From the IMG/VR virus record IMGVR_UViG_3300022927_002093, positions 1 through 50,294 of that record: a stretch of DNA of 50,294 nt. The stretch is one strand, 5' to 3'. The translations under genes were made by a program, and so were the position numbers. The notes under the pieces were generated by a model. That model was not told the origin of the DNA, did not search any database, and saw only the letters and a program-made list of their open reading frames with translations. This document shows, in pieces, positions 17,586-28,054 of the stretch (its first letter is position 1; every line of letters starts with the position of its first letter). Source of the stretch: a virus (Duplodnaviria > Caudoviricetes).

Positions 17586-19281
17586 ATGGTAAATCAAAAT
17601 CTTCAACAATATTTTCGTAGGCGTTAAAAGATTCATTCCAATCAGGTGTCATTCTTTTAATAATACCCTCTTCATCTTGTTCGAATATAGCCCTTCTTTT
17701 AATAAATTTTCCGTTATTAAATTCTTTCCATAGTTTTGTGAGTTCAAATATACCTTCCTTATATAATTTGATAACTCGATTGTCAAGTATTTTCATGAGT
17801 GATTCATCCCATTCGTCTGTTGATTGATTGTATTTTTTTCTGTTCTGTACTCTTTCTAACCCCATTGGTGTAATCATATACTCTATAGTAATTCTGTCCG
17901 TTCCATACTTACTGTTTCTCCTTAGGGATATAATTATATTTTGCGGTTTTTCAATATATGTTCTAACACAATTAGATTGTATTTTAGACTCTTCATTATA
18001 TTGACTCGAATTAGTTAATAGTGTAGGGTAAAACTCAGACCCGTCATACATTATAACTTCGGATATTTTATTCTCAAATTCTTTTCCATTAAACCTACTA
18101 ACTTTACCGTCTCTATAATTTTCTAATATTTCAGTTATTCTGTAGTGTTCTTCATTAAACTCATCTCTATTAGTAAATTTCATTTTTACCTCTTCTCCAA
18201 ACTTCTTAAGTTTAGATATTGTTATGAGGTGGTCCATTATCATAGTCCATATTATCTCAGAATCACTATTTATTAGATTTACTATTCTTTTCTTATCTAA
18301 GTTACTTAATGGGAAAACCTTTTTCTTACTAAATGCATCATGATTATAATATCTATGATATAAAAAATTATTTTCATCTTTAAAAAACGACTTACGAATC
18401 TTACTAAAATAATCAACCCCCATATTATGATAAACATCAACTAATGTTTTAAAATCAATATGTGTAGTTTGATTTAAAATGTCTCTTACTCTCCTTCCTT
18501 TTAAATCTGCTATTGACATAAAATAATTAACAACATTACCATGTTTAATTAATTTTGATTTAGGTGTGGGTATAACTGTATATTGAATGATTGAGTCGGG
18601 ATATGATATGTTATTATCTTTTAAATACATTTTATACATTTCTCCTTCTAAATAATTTGAATTATAATTTAAAAGGATATTATTCTTAGAGTAGATACAA
18701 TATGCGTATTGTTTTAACGCATCCATAGCAACTTCATCACCCTTTGTCATTTGATTATAAGATGTCGATACCATCGATTGCCAATCCTGTGTCTGGGATA
18801 TTATATGATTTACGTTTCTCCTTATGGCTAACTTAATCTCAGTTAAAAATGGTAAGTGGAATGTATTACAACGTACTTTCTTTTTCTTTATCTTTTTACG
18901 ACTAGACTCAATAGTTCCGTGATAAAAATTCTTTGTTTTATAATTGTACGTAACATATCTATGTGTTTTCATAACTGAGAAGTATTGTCTCCCCACTTTT
19001 CTTTTTCTAACTACAAATGAGTACCTAATACTTATTTTATTACCATCCTCAACTATTTTTATTTCACATGTAGTAATAATTAAACCTTTTGATTTATCAC
19101 CATAATAAACTTTGACTTGGTCATCAGGTATTATTTCTGTTCGGTCTTGGTAAAACTTACCGTTTTCGGTTTTTTCCATAGACTTCCATATATTACCTCC
19201 TTGCATAGGGCAAAAATCCTTATAGTTTTCCAAATTGTTACTTTGGAACTTTCTATGAAATATTACGTTATTATCTTTCAT
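17581..19281 (-). CDS. PcfJ-like domain protein
   Basis: EESKIQSNCVRTY...IISLR...RITIEY...VQNR..N; ends DFDLPF. Confidence 0.7.
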   Translation of the reverse strand: MKDNNVIFHRKFQSNNLENYKDFCPMQGGNIWKSMEKTENGKFYQDRTEIIPDDQVKVYYGDKSKGLIITTCEIKIVEDGNKISIRYSFVVRKRKVGRQYFSVMKTHRYVTYNYKTKNFYHGTIESSRKKIKKKKVRCNTFHLPFLTEIKLAIRRNVNHIISQTQDWQSMVSTSYNQMTKGDEVAMDALKQYAYCIYSKNNILLNYNSNYLEGEMYKMYLKDNNISYPDSIIQYTVIPTPKSKLIKHGNVVNYFMSIADLKGRRVRDILNQTTHIDFKTLVDVYHNMGVDYFSKIRKSFFKDENNFLYHRYYNHDAFSKKKVFPLSNLDKKRIVNLINSDSEIIWTMIMDHLITISKLKKFGEEVKMKFTNRDEFNEEHYRITEILENYRDGKVSRFNGKEFENKISEVIMYDGSEFYPTLLTNSSQYNEESKIQSNCVRTYIEKPQNIIISLRRNSKYGTDRITIEYMITPMGLERVQNRKKYNQSTDEWDESLMKILDNRVIKLYKEGIFELTKLWKEFNNGKFIKRRAIFEQDEEGIIKRMTPDWNESFNAYENIVEDFDLPF

Positions 19282-19559
19282 TAATTAAGGTATATCGTTC
19301 CGAACTTAGTATTAGATATTGGTGCATAAGTTTCTATTGTCTTTCTCTCCTCCATATTCATTTCAACTAAGATTTCCAACATTTGTTTTTGTGTTAGTTG
19401 TACATCTTCACCTTTTTCATAGTTTTCTGTAGCAACTCTTTCCATCTCAATAAAAAACTTTTCAGGTTCAGAGTCACCGATTAATGATACTAACTCATTT
19501 GGGTTCTCATCAAAAAATGTTTTTATCTGAGATATATAAATCTGCACATCTATATTCAT
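19281..19559 (-). CDS. Hypothetical protein
   Basis: 92 aa; TAATG overlap with next gene. Confidence 0.75.
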   Translation of the reverse strand: MNIDVQIYISQIKTFFDENPNELVSLIGDSEPEKFFIEMERVATENYEKGEDVQLTQKQMLEILVEMNMEERKTIETYAPISNTKFGTIYLN

Positions 19560-19577
19560 AAAAAAATTCTATAAAAG

Positions 19578-19604
19578 AAAAATAACCACTTTCGTGGTTA
19601 TTTT
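19578..19604. terminator. Terminator hairpin
   Basis: AAAATAACCAC-TTTC-GTGGTTATTTT (GAAA loop on the minus strand). Confidence 0.7.
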
Positions 19605-19610
19605 CAAGTT

Positions 19611-20942
19611 TTATCTGAAGATATGTAATCCCTTTTTATTTTCAATTTCATCAGGGATTTTAACGTTTGGACTATTCTTTAAGTTAATCACTTGGAGGTT
19701 ATTCAATTTTGAAACCTCTTCAGGTAGACTTGTTAGATTTGGATTGTTAGGGAGTGATAAGAATACCAAATCCTTAAGTTCACCAATCTCTTTAGGTAGT
19801 TTGTTTAGAATACCTTCCAAGTGAAGAGCATTTAGGTTTTTAAATCTACCTACTGATTTTGGTAGCTCTACTGCCATGTCACTCGTATCAGGGTCATTTC
19901 TATATCTGTTACTTGACTTAACAAAATCAAGCCTTTCCAAATTATCAGGTAAACTTTCGAAGAACTCATCAAAACCGTAAAGAGCAATGAATTTAGAAGC
20001 TGAATCTCTCGGATATTCGACCGAAACTGAAGTTCCCTCAGTACCTGTTAAACCTTTCATGAACTCAGGTTTGAATACCTCTTTAAGTTCAGGATTTTCA
20101 TTTAAGAAATTAATAAGATTAATCTGACGGTCATCAGGGTCCATATACTGATTACTTGGGAAATGAAACTGATATCTCAGTGCTGGTAGTCCTGTTTTTT
20201 CACCTGTTTTTATGTTATCATCTCTAAATGACTTAGCTTCGTTAGGGATTAATACATATAACGGACCGTCTTTGATGTAATGCCTGAACATGTTACCTCC
20301 AGGTGATGAAGTACACCAACTACTTTCACCTTTACTAGAATATAAATGGTGTCCCCCATAAAAACACGCGGCGTCTTGACCTAACTTTCCTTGGTCTTCA
20401 ATTTTTACAACAGTCCAATCAGAACCTCTGAAAATAACTTCTCCACCAGGGTGTTCGTATGTTGTAGCCGCCGCTTTTTTCTCTTCTTTACTTGCTTTTG
20501 TCTTATCCAAACTAAAGTCCATAGTAATATCAATAAGACTCTCGATATTATGTTTATTAATATCTCTCTTGTCCTGTTCAATTTGACCTTTAAACCTATC
20601 AAACTTTTTAAGTGCCTCAGTAGACTTATACAAATCCTCAAAGAATAGTCTTTGAAGTTCTGTCATCTCATCTTTAAATTGTGGAGTACCGTAATCTGCC
20701 TCAGGTTCCAACCTCAAGAACTGTTTAATCAACCACGGACTATATGTACCTGCCTTCTTAATTTTATCACCATCTCTACGAGTAGTGGGGTCACCCAAAA
20801 TAATTGTATCCAATTGTTCAGGCTTCATTCTAGCAGGTTTTACCTTATCACCTTTCTTCTTTGGTTGGGTGTAGGTCTTTTTCAGGATTTCGTAACGACC
20901 CTGTTCAATAATGAGTCCTTTAAGTAGTCCACTAAATTTCAT
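19611..20942 (-). CDS. Phage protein with AACFYG...SWCT domain and C-terminal leucine-rich repeats (start revised from 20957)
   Basis: LPKEIGELKDLVFLSL, LTSLPEEVSKLNNLQVINL repeats; TATTTAT at 20958-20964 favours the MKFSGLL start. Confidence 0.8.
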   Translation of the reverse strand: MKFSGLLKGLIIEQGRYEILKKTYTQPKKKGDKVKPARMKPEQLDTIILGDPTTRRDGDKIKKAGTYSPWLIKQFLRLEPEADYGTPQFKDEMTELQRLFFEDLYKSTEALKKFDRFKGQIEQDKRDINKHNIESLIDITMDFSLDKTKASKEEKKAAATTYEHPGGEVIFRGSDWTVVKIEDQGKLGQDAACFYGGHHLYSSKGESSWCTSSPGGNMFRHYIKDGPLYVLIPNEAKSFRDDNIKTGEKTGLPALRYQFHFPSNQYMDPDDRQINLINFLNENPELKEVFKPEFMKGLTGTEGTSVSVEYPRDSASKFIALYGFDEFFESLPDNLERLDFVKSSNRYRNDPDTSDMAVELPKSVGRFKNLNALHLEGILNKLPKEIGELKDLVFLSLPNNPNLTSLPEEVSKLNNLQVINLKNSPNVKIPDEIENKKGLHIFR

Positions 20943-20982
20943 CTTTTTCTTTTTCATATAAATATGTTCTAAGTGTAAAAGA

Positions 20983-21828
20983 TTACAGATTGTAGTTCAA
21001 AATAAGTAATTCAGTTCCCTTGTTTTGTTTCTTACCTTTACTAGCAGCTGCGGCTTTTACGAATTGTTTCTCTTCCCAAAGATACTGCTTTTTTGGAAAC
21101 CATTCACTTAAAAGTTCAAATTCGTAATATGAAAGTGAAAATTTTCCTTTCATATTTATTAGTGCGTTCGCTAATCTCTCGTGGTCGTTTCTATCGAAAT
21201 CGTGATTGGAGTAGTAGTTCTCAGTTTTCCAATATGGTGGGTCCAAATAAAAGTAGGTGTTGTCACCATCATATTTGTTGATGAGTTCCTCAAAGTCCAT
21301 ATTCTCAACTACATTAATTTTGTCGAACTTGGTTATCCACTTATCGTTCTTCAGCTTATCCCTAAACGTTAGATACTTCGACTTATATTTTCCCTTTAAA
21401 TCGATGTAGTTAGATGTCTCAGGTTTACTACCACTGAAAACCTGTGTGAGAATATATGCGTACTTAGCGGCAACATCATAGTCAGGGTAGTTGATTTTGA
21501 AGTCATCTGCAAATATCTCAGATTGAAACTCTTTGAATAGGTCTTTGTACTCTGTAGGTGTGTTCTCCACCCCTCGTTGTTGACAGGGAATAGACTCAAT
21601 AGATTTAAGAAGTTCTGACGGGTTCTGTACACACATAAAGAGATTGTAGTTCAACGGATTAAAGTCGTTGTATACAATATTCTTAAGGTTTGGGTACTCA
21701 TCCAAATCCATGTTATAGTAACACCAAAACATACCTCCGAATGGTTCGACATATGTTTCCATGTCTTTTGGGTAATATGGTACAATCCATTTACCTATTT
21801 TACTTTTTCCTCCGATGTAACTAAGCAT
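20983..21828 (-). CDS. Dam/D12-class DNA adenine methyltransferase (start revised from 21867)
   Basis: YIGGK, YVEPFGG, VYND, FYLDPPY; a promoter overlaps the longer start. Confidence 0.9.
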   Translation of the reverse strand: MLSYIGGKSKIGKWIVPYYPKDMETYVEPFGGMFWCYYNMDLDEYPNLKNIVYNDFNPLNYNLFMCVQNPSELLKSIESIPCQQRGVENTPTEYKDLFKEFQSEIFADDFKINYPDYDVAAKYAYILTQVFSGSKPETSNYIDLKGKYKSKYLTFRDKLKNDKWITKFDKINVVENMDFEELINKYDGDNTYFYLDPPYWKTENYYSNHDFDRNDHERLANALINMKGKFSLSYYEFELLSEWFPKKQYLWEEKQFVKAAAASKGKKQNKGTELLILNYNL

Positions 21829-21844
21829 ACTTTTCGATTTACTA

Positions 21845-21875
21845 CAAATATAGTAAAGAAAAATCAAAAAGCAAA
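21845..21875 (-). promoter_or_regulatory. Bacteroidota sigmaA-type promoter
   Basis: TTTG-N19-TATATTTG. Confidence 0.75.
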
Positions 21876-24320
21876 TTAAAATTCATACTTTAGGTTAAAC
21901 GATAGTCCAACACCAGTTCTAAAACTGTTTGTGATAACTTTACCAATATCAGAGTCTTGCTCTAAAACATATTCAGTATTAAATATATTGTTCAACCTAA
22001 TTGATGATATGAGATTATCTTTTCTATAATTGTATACAATGTTCATAAAGTGTTGTTGTCTTTGGTATATATCTCCTAATCCGAAGACTCCGACTGAATT
22101 TAATTTCTTACCTACAAAATTGTAAGTCAATCCTAAGTTACTATTATCTTTGACATCATAAAAGATATCGAAATTAGATAGTATGGGTGAAGACCCTTGT
22201 AAAGGTCTGTTTAAATTTGTAACAACAACAGAACTAGGTCCTTCATCATTAATAGTTATATTTGACCATAGTATTGATAAATTATAATCAAAATTAAACT
22301 TATTTATCTTCTTCCTAAAATCAATCTCACCGCCAAATACTGTTGATGATTTACTGTTCTGATATGTCTCAAGTCTACCGCTAGCTGTTGCTACATTTAC
22401 ACGTTCGATAGGGTTTAAAATAATTTTATTGTATAGGTTGAATGATATTAGTTCTCCTATTTTCGGGTAAACTTCATATGATACGTCTGTATTGTAAATC
22501 TGTGTGTTTATAAGATTAGGATTACCCTGTATTTTACTACCCGCAAATACTTCAGTGTATATAAATGGTGTCAATTCTCTAAATCTTGGTCTAACAGTGG
22601 TAATAGAATTATTAAACCTTAACTGATTTGTCTCATTTAATTTATACTTCACATTAAGGTATGGAAGTAATTCAATATTGTTTAAAATATGATTTCTAGT
22701 TAATGAAGGTATTAGTTGGTCTTGATAAGTTAATGTTTGATAAACGTATTCTGTTCTTAACCCAGTACCAACGTTTAGTTTATCACTAACATACTCCCCT
22801 TTGATAAACCCACCATTAACAAACGTACTACCCTTAACATAAGATGAAGGATTATTTACAATGTATTGTATAACATTATCATCAGTGAAATAATTGTATG
22901 GATTTGTTGGGTCTATATTTTCATATTGCTCATTAACCATTGAAAAGTCGTAATATTCTTGTTCGTAGTCGAAAGTATTATCCATTAACATAAAAGAGTA
23001 TCCTCCAAATAATCTTATCTTATCAATATCCTTACTTAACGATGCAGTAAAGTTGTATCTATTTTCATGGTTTGTATTCGAGAATATATGATTGTCTAAT
23101 CTGTCAATATTATTTAGTGTGTAGTCCCCGTCATATAGATAAACAAACTGTTCTCTCTGATTCTCACCACTTCTTACTATAGAAACTCCTCCGATTAAAT
23201 CTAAATCAAATGATTCACCATAGTAGTTAAATTCTATTTGGTCAACTAAGAGATTGTGTATTGTTGGTGTTCTTCTAGTTGTATATAACTCCGTTTCATA
23301 ATCAAAGTGATTACCAACTGTAGTTCTATCTGATAAATTGTTTTGAGATATTAAGAATGTGGTATTACATAACCTAAAGTTCTCGTCTTCATATGATACA
23401 ACACCAACACCAGTTTTCGTTATTGTTGTTTGGTCATCGTTAAAATTGTAGTCTAAGATGTAGTTACCTTGTTTATTAACTAAACTTATATTACCGTAAG
23501 TATACTGATTGTTTATTCCGCTACCGACTGAAACAAGATACCCTATCTTATTTTTTCTACCACCCATAATAAATGATAGACGACTTATAGGTCTGTTAGT
23601 TTGACTGTTAAAGGTGTAACCGAAAGAAACTTTGGTTAATTCTTTAACGTCTGAACTTCCGATATCTATCTGTGCACCTCCTAAATTACTCCACTGTTCA
23701 GATGAATAAGTCTTTTTTACTTTTATATTATCTAACAAAGCTGTAGGTAATAGAGATAGGTCTATGTTTTTCCTATCTGCGTTATTAGAAGGTAATGGTA
23801 ACCCGTTGAGTGTAACCTGATTATACCTATCATCAAGTCCCCTGATGTTTAGTCTATTATTGTCAAAGGTTACTCCTCCAACCTTTTTTAACCCGTCTTG
23901 TGCATTTGATATTCCTTTTTTATTTAATTCCTTAGACCCCACAGAAGATTCAACTTCCATACCCTCTTTCTTATCTAAAATTAATATCGTCTCATTGTTT
24001 CTACTCACTCTTGTTACAACTTCAGCAACATCTATAACTTCAGTTTTATAACTCATAGTAACATTTAACTCACCACCTTCACTAACTAATATAATATTGT
24101 CATAACCAATAAATGAGAACATTACACTATCCATGTTATTTACTAAGTCAAGTTTATATTCACCATCAAAATCTGTAGTTGTACCTACAGTCTCTCCTTT
24201 TAACGTTACCGCAACAAAAGGTAACGGACTATTATTTTCATCCGTTACCTTTCCAAAAACTGTTTGTCCTTTTAAACCACCACCGATTAAAAGAAACAAA
24301 ATAAATAATAAACTTCTCAT
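21876..24320 (-). CDS. TonB-dependent receptor
   Basis: Signal peptide, GTTTDFDGEY, IRGLDDRYN, RPRFRELTPF, GNPNL, RPLQGSSP, terminal YEF; ATGA-coupled start at 24320. Confidence 0.92.
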   Translation of the reverse strand: MRSLLFILFLLIGGGLKGQTVFGKVTDENNSPLPFVAVTLKGETVGTTTDFDGEYKLDLVNNMDSVMFSFIGYDNIILVSEGGELNVTMSYKTEVIDVAEVVTRVSRNNETILILDKKEGMEVESSVGSKELNKKGISNAQDGLKKVGGVTFDNNRLNIRGLDDRYNQVTLNGLPLPSNNADRKNIDLSLLPTALLDNIKVKKTYSSEQWSNLGGAQIDIGSSDVKELTKVSFGYTFNSQTNRPISRLSFIMGGRKNKIGYLVSVGSGINNQYTYGNISLVNKQGNYILDYNFNDDQTTITKTGVGVVSYEDENFRLCNTTFLISQNNLSDRTTVGNHFDYETELYTTRRTPTIHNLLVDQIEFNYYGESFDLDLIGGVSIVRSGENQREQFVYLYDGDYTLNNIDRLDNHIFSNTNHENRYNFTASLSKDIDKIRLFGGYSFMLMDNTFDYEQEYYDFSMVNEQYENIDPTNPYNYFTDDNVIQYIVNNPSSYVKGSTFVNGGFIKGEYVSDKLNVGTGLRTEYVYQTLTYQDQLIPSLTRNHILNNIELLPYLNVKYKLNETNQLRFNNSITTVRPRFRELTPFIYTEVFAGSKIQGNPNLINTQIYNTDVSYEVYPKIGELISFNLYNKIILNPIERVNVATASGRLETYQNSKSSTVFGGEIDFRKKINKFNFDYNLSILWSNITINDEGPSSVVVTNLNRPLQGSSPILSNFDIFYDVKDNSNLGLTYNFVGKKLNSVGVFGLGDIYQRQQHFMNIVYNYRKDNLISSIRLNNIFNTEYVLEQDSDIGKVITNSFRTGVGLSFNLKYEF

Positions 24321-25465
24321 TGTCTTACCCATCCCTCAGTCCAGTAATCACCTGAACCGATAGTGTTATCGATATAAAACCATTCATCCACTACAGTGTC
24401 GGTTAACCCGATAAATGAATCACAATCTTTATAGTCAGTTCCGTTACCTTCAACTAATGAATTAGCAACAAATAACTCACCGTTTTCTACGTTTTGTAAG
24501 GTAACCTCATCAGAGACTCTTATACCATATTTTGGGAAACCAGTAACGTATGTATTAAATATTTTACCTTTAGTCCCCTCTCTTAGTCTCATACCTGTAT
24601 TTAATCCATCACCGTCATCTACACCAATCAAAGTTAGATTAGATAGAGTTGGGTTTGAGTATGGTTCTAATAGATTGTCATCTCCGTTATTGTCAGCCTC
24701 AATACCTCTATCACCACCATCAGGACCTTGTTGTACCAACCAGTACTGTCCCTTACCTCTCCAACCATGAGTCCAATCGAAAGAGTCGTCTTGATTATGT
24801 GTTGATACCGCGTATCTAACATTTACAGTACCACCAAAGAATTCGATACCATCATCAGAACCTTTATATGCTTGTATATATTCTATGATAGTACCATTAC
24901 CAACACCATTAAATGAAAATCCATTTAATTCATTATCAGTACCGAGTACTTTACCCGCATATTCAACTCTAACATAACGTAAGATTCCTGAGTCATCGTT
25001 ATCATTATCACCACCGTAGATACCGGTACCTCCTTCTCCTTCAGCATTGAATCCTGTGTTTATTGTAGCATACCCATTTACGATTATACCTCCCCAATCC
25101 CCGTATGTTGGATTATCGGTTAGTGGTGTAAAAATTATTGGGTTTGTACTTTCTCCTTGTATAAACATCTCTCCACCTTGTTTAATGGAAAGGAAGGTGG
25201 TAACTTCTGTGTCCGCGTAAACGGTACCCCCTTCATTGATTGATAATCTCGCATTTTCGTCAACAAAAACTCCACCTGAAAGTAACCATTTTTCATTTAA
25301 ATCTAAACTAAGGTTCTCATTAATAATACCTTCAAGTTTCTTGTAATCTTCTCCGTTAACGTTAACGTCAGTTATGACATAAGTCTGTGTGTTTGGTTCA
25401 ACGGGCTCCGGTCTACATGAAAATAAAATTGTAGATAGGATAATTGGTGTAAGTAGTTTTTTCAT
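24317..25465 (-). CDS. Lipoprotein with probable beta-helix, partner of the TonB receptor
   Basis: Lipobox LFSC; WGGIIVNG, YGGDNDNDDSGILRYVRVEYAG, DDGIEFFGG, DDSFDW. Confidence 0.85.
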   Translation of the reverse strand: MKKLLTPIILSTILFSCRPEPVEPNTQTYVITDVNVNGEDYKKLEGIINENLSLDLNEKWLLSGGVFVDENARLSINEGGTVYADTEVTTFLSIKQGGEMFIQGESTNPIIFTPLTDNPTYGDWGGIIVNGYATINTGFNAEGEGGTGIYGGDNDNDDSGILRYVRVEYAGKVLGTDNELNGFSFNGVGNGTIIEYIQAYKGSDDGIEFFGGTVNVRYAVSTHNQDDSFDWTHGWRGKGQYWLVQQGPDGGDRGIEADNNGDDNLLEPYSNPTLSNLTLIGVDDGDGLNTGMRLREGTKGKIFNTYVTGFPKYGIRVSDEVTLQNVENGELFVANSLVEGNGTDYKDCDSFIGLTDTVVDEWFYIDNTIGSGDYWTEGWVRQ

Positions 25466-25606
25466 TTCTATTAAATCTATTCATATATAGTTTTACGGAA
25501 ATTAAACTGTTGTGAAACACCAATAATTAACATACAGGTAGCATGAATTTACTTATGTTAAAAAAGTGTTATATTTATTTTATAATAAACCATTAAAACA
25601 ACCATT

Positions 25607-25753
25607 ATGAAATATATTTTTACAATGTTAGGTATTGCGTTATTATTGACTGGTTGTTCTAATTTAGAATCCACTACAAGTCTTAGTGGTCAATCTAAAC
25701 AAATTACTGTTTTTACCTCAGATGGTATCGTTTATGTTAACGATGGGTTCTGA
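25607..25753 (+). CDS. 48 aa lipoprotein; absent from ORF track
   Basis: MKYIFTMLGIALLLTGC lipobox; TATTTAT at 25572-25578. Confidence 0.7.
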   Translation: MKYIFTMLGIALLLTGCSNLESTTSLSGQSKQITVFTSDGIVYVNDGF

Positions 25754-25924
25754 TTACTTATAACAATTTTTATAAGGTCTACATGACGCTTTTTGAGAGA
25801 ACCCCATGTTTTTACATGGGGTTTTTTCACAATAAGATTTACTCATCTTACGAGTTCTCTTACTATTACTTTGTTCTTTCTCCTCTAAGTAGGATTTAAT
25901 AACACGTTTAATAATACTATTCAT
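25754..25924 (-). CDS. 56 aa four-cysteine microprotein (GFSQKASC motif); absent from ORF track
   Basis: MNSIIKRVIKSYLEE...YCEKTPCKNMGFSQKASCRPYKNCYK; TATTTAT at 25931-25937. Confidence 0.7.
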   Translation of the reverse strand: MNSIIKRVIKSYLEEKEQSNSKRTRKMSKSYCEKTPCKNMGFSQKASCRPYKNCYK

Positions 25925-25939
25925 CAAAATATAAATATA

Positions 25940-26086
25940 ATGGAAGAAAAAAAAGAAGAGTGTGAATCATGTAAAAGAGGGTTTGACCCAGGTCAAAAAA
26001 CTATGATAGGTTTATCAATATACTTACTAATAACCGCAATATATGGTAACGTAAAACTTATACAATATATAATAAGTTTATTTTAA
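25940..26086 (+). CDS. 48 aa CxxC plus transmembrane microprotein; absent from ORF track
   Basis: [14 protein letters not shown]...[14 protein letters not shown]. Confidence 0.55.
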   Translation: MEEKKEECESCKRGFDPGQKTMIGLSIYLLITAIYGNVKLIQYIISLF

Positions 26087-27034
26087 AATATCTAAAATTT
26101 CTTTTTTAGTATTGTCATCTATATCTGCATTGATGACATTTATTTTTATATAAAAGTCACCAACATAATTCGGCGACTTATATCCTTTACCTCTTAACCT
26201 AAGAGGTTTTATTAACTCTGTATTTAATGGTATTCTAAGATTTAAATCTCCGTCAGGGTGTGGTAATAAAATTGGTTTATTTAATAACAAATCCGATAAA
26301 GTTACTTTTTTAGTGTAAATCAAATCATTATTAATTTTTTCAAACCCATCTTCATTAATTACCTCCACTTGTAAAATTAAATCCCCATAACCTATATTGG
26401 GTGTATAATCACCTTTACCTTTAATTCTAAGGTGGTCTCCATTATTAATGTTTTTAGGTATATCAACTCCAATCTGTTCTATATTTTGCTTTACTCCAAT
26501 TCCGCCACAATTAAAACACGGGTCAATCATTATATGTCCAGTACCGTTACATTTCACACAAGGGGTATCTATAACTTGTGTGAAAAAAGATGAACCGATT
26601 TTTTGTCTAATATTTCCACTACCTTTACATGTCTGACAAAGATTTTTTTTACCCCCACTACCCGCACAGGTATTACAAGTTGTATTATTTTGAAACGTTA
26701 CGGGTTTGTTTACACCAAAATACGATTCTAAAGGTGTTACTTGTATTTTTATAACTTTATTTTTTGCCTCTGGTTTTCTTCTTTGTTGATTAAATCCGTT
26801 GAATATGTCCTCGAACGGGTTACCTCTATTTCCGAAAGGGTTAGGGTTGTCATATTGTTGTCTTTTTTTATCGTCACTTAAGACATCATAAGCTTCAGCA
26901 ATTTGTTTAAACCTCTCTCCACCTTCAGGATTAACATCAGGATGAAACTTTTTTGATAAACTCCTATAAGCCTTCTTAATCTCATCTTTTGTTGATTTTT
27001 TATCAACCCCTAATATCTTATAGTAGTCTTTCAT
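26078..27034 (-). CDS. dnaJ: DnaJ chaperone
   Basis: J-domain HPD, four CxxCxGxG motifs, C-terminal GDL motifs. Confidence 0.93.
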   Translation of the reverse strand: MKDYYKILGVDKKSTKDEIKKAYRSLSKKFHPDVNPEGGERFKQIAEAYDVLSDDKKRQQYDNPNPFGNRGNPFEDIFNGFNQQRRKPEAKNKVIKIQVTPLESYFGVNKPVTFQNNTTCNTCAGSGGKKNLCQTCKGSGNIRQKIGSSFFTQVIDTPCVKCNGTGHIMIDPCFNCGGIGVKQNIEQIGVDIPKNINNGDHLRIKGKGDYTPNIGYGDLILQVEVINEDGFEKINNDLIYTKKVTLSDLLLNKPILLPHPDGDLNLRIPLNTELIKPLRLRGKGYKSPNYVGDFYIKINVINADIDDNTKKEILDILK

Positions 27035-27037
27035 ATT

Positions 27038-27688
27038 ATGGAAAATTATATAATCGTTTTATTTAAGAATAAGAAAAAGAAAAAAATTATCAAAGGTTAT
27101 GTCACCGAGAAAAATGCCAATTTAAAATTTGATTCTTTGGTAAAGTCTAATGACGTTCCTTTTGAAATTGTTTTTGAGAACTCTGAGAAGTCCGTTTATG
27201 AAATAGCATTACTTAGTCGTAATGACGATTACCAAGTACCTTTATTTAAAATGGATGAGGTGGGTCGTAACAACTCAGTTTTTATTTCTGGTGAATCGGA
27301 TTATATAATTAAACGTATCGAGAATTATAAGTTAGAAGAGTTAATATATGATTGGCAAACTGAAAGTAGAATAACTTTTAATGAGTTATTAACTACGTAC
27401 CTCCCTAAAAAAAATGTTAAGGTAGTTTCTAAATTACATAACAAAGTGGTAATTCAATGTGATGAGGATTTTAAATTATTTAGTCTTAAAAACGAAGAAG
27501 ACTCAGAACGTTTGATTCAAACGCTTGAGTCTTTCTTTTTTAAACTGAGCCGTACCGATTGTTTATTTGTGAGAGATGAAAGTACAGTAAATAGAAAATG
27601 GATGTATAATATTTTAGAAAAAAGTGGTTTTAATCGTAAAAAGCTTTATCGACAAAAGACTACTTTTTCAAAACGAACTTATAACTAA
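27038..27688 (+). CDS. Hypothetical protein
   Basis: 216 aa ORF starting 3 nt from the divergent dnaJ start. Confidence 0.7.
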   Translation: MENYIIVLFKNKKKKKIIKGYVTEKNANLKFDSLVKSNDVPFEIVFENSEKSVYEIALLSRNDDYQVPLFKMDEVGRNNSVFISGESDYIIKRIENYKLEELIYDWQTESRITFNELLTTYLPKKNVKVVSKLHNKVVIQCDEDFKLFSLKNEEDSERLIQTLESFFFKLSRTDCLFVRDESTVNRKWMYNILEKSGFNRKKLYRQKTTFSKRTYN

Positions 27689-27893
27689 CCCTACCAAAAT
27701 TAATAAAAAACTTATCTGATTTCCAATCAATTTCTCTAAAATTTCTCAATACATTATCATATTTATTTTTCTCTAACTTAACCCTAACTTCGATAACCTC
27801 GTCACCAAAAAAATCTTCGTTAGATTCTATTTGTTCTGCAACTTCAGCGAGTAGTTTTAATTTATCCCTAAAGTCTTCTTTATTCTCTCCCAT
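27660..27893 (-). CDS. Hypothetical protein
   Basis: 77 aa ORF. Confidence 0.65.
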   Translation of the reverse strand: MGENKEDFRDKLKLLAEVAEQIESNEDFFGDEVIEVRVKLEKNKYDNVLRNFREIDWKSDKFFINFGRVSYKFVLKK

Positions 27894-28054
27894 ATTGAGT
27901 ATTCTATTTCAGTATGAATTGTGTTGTTTATTTCTAAATTATTAGAGTTTAGAATTTCTGAGATTATATCTTCTTTATGTTGTTTGAGATTCTTCAGATT
28001 TTTCCTCTTCTCTAACTTCAACTTCTCCATTTCCCTCAGTACTCCCTTGTCCAT
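27857..28054 (-). CDS. Hypothetical protein
   Basis: 65 aa ORF. Confidence 0.6.
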   Translation of the reverse strand: MDKGVLREMEKLKLEKRKNLKNLKQHKEDIISEILNSNNLEINNTIHTEIEYSIWERIKKTLGIN

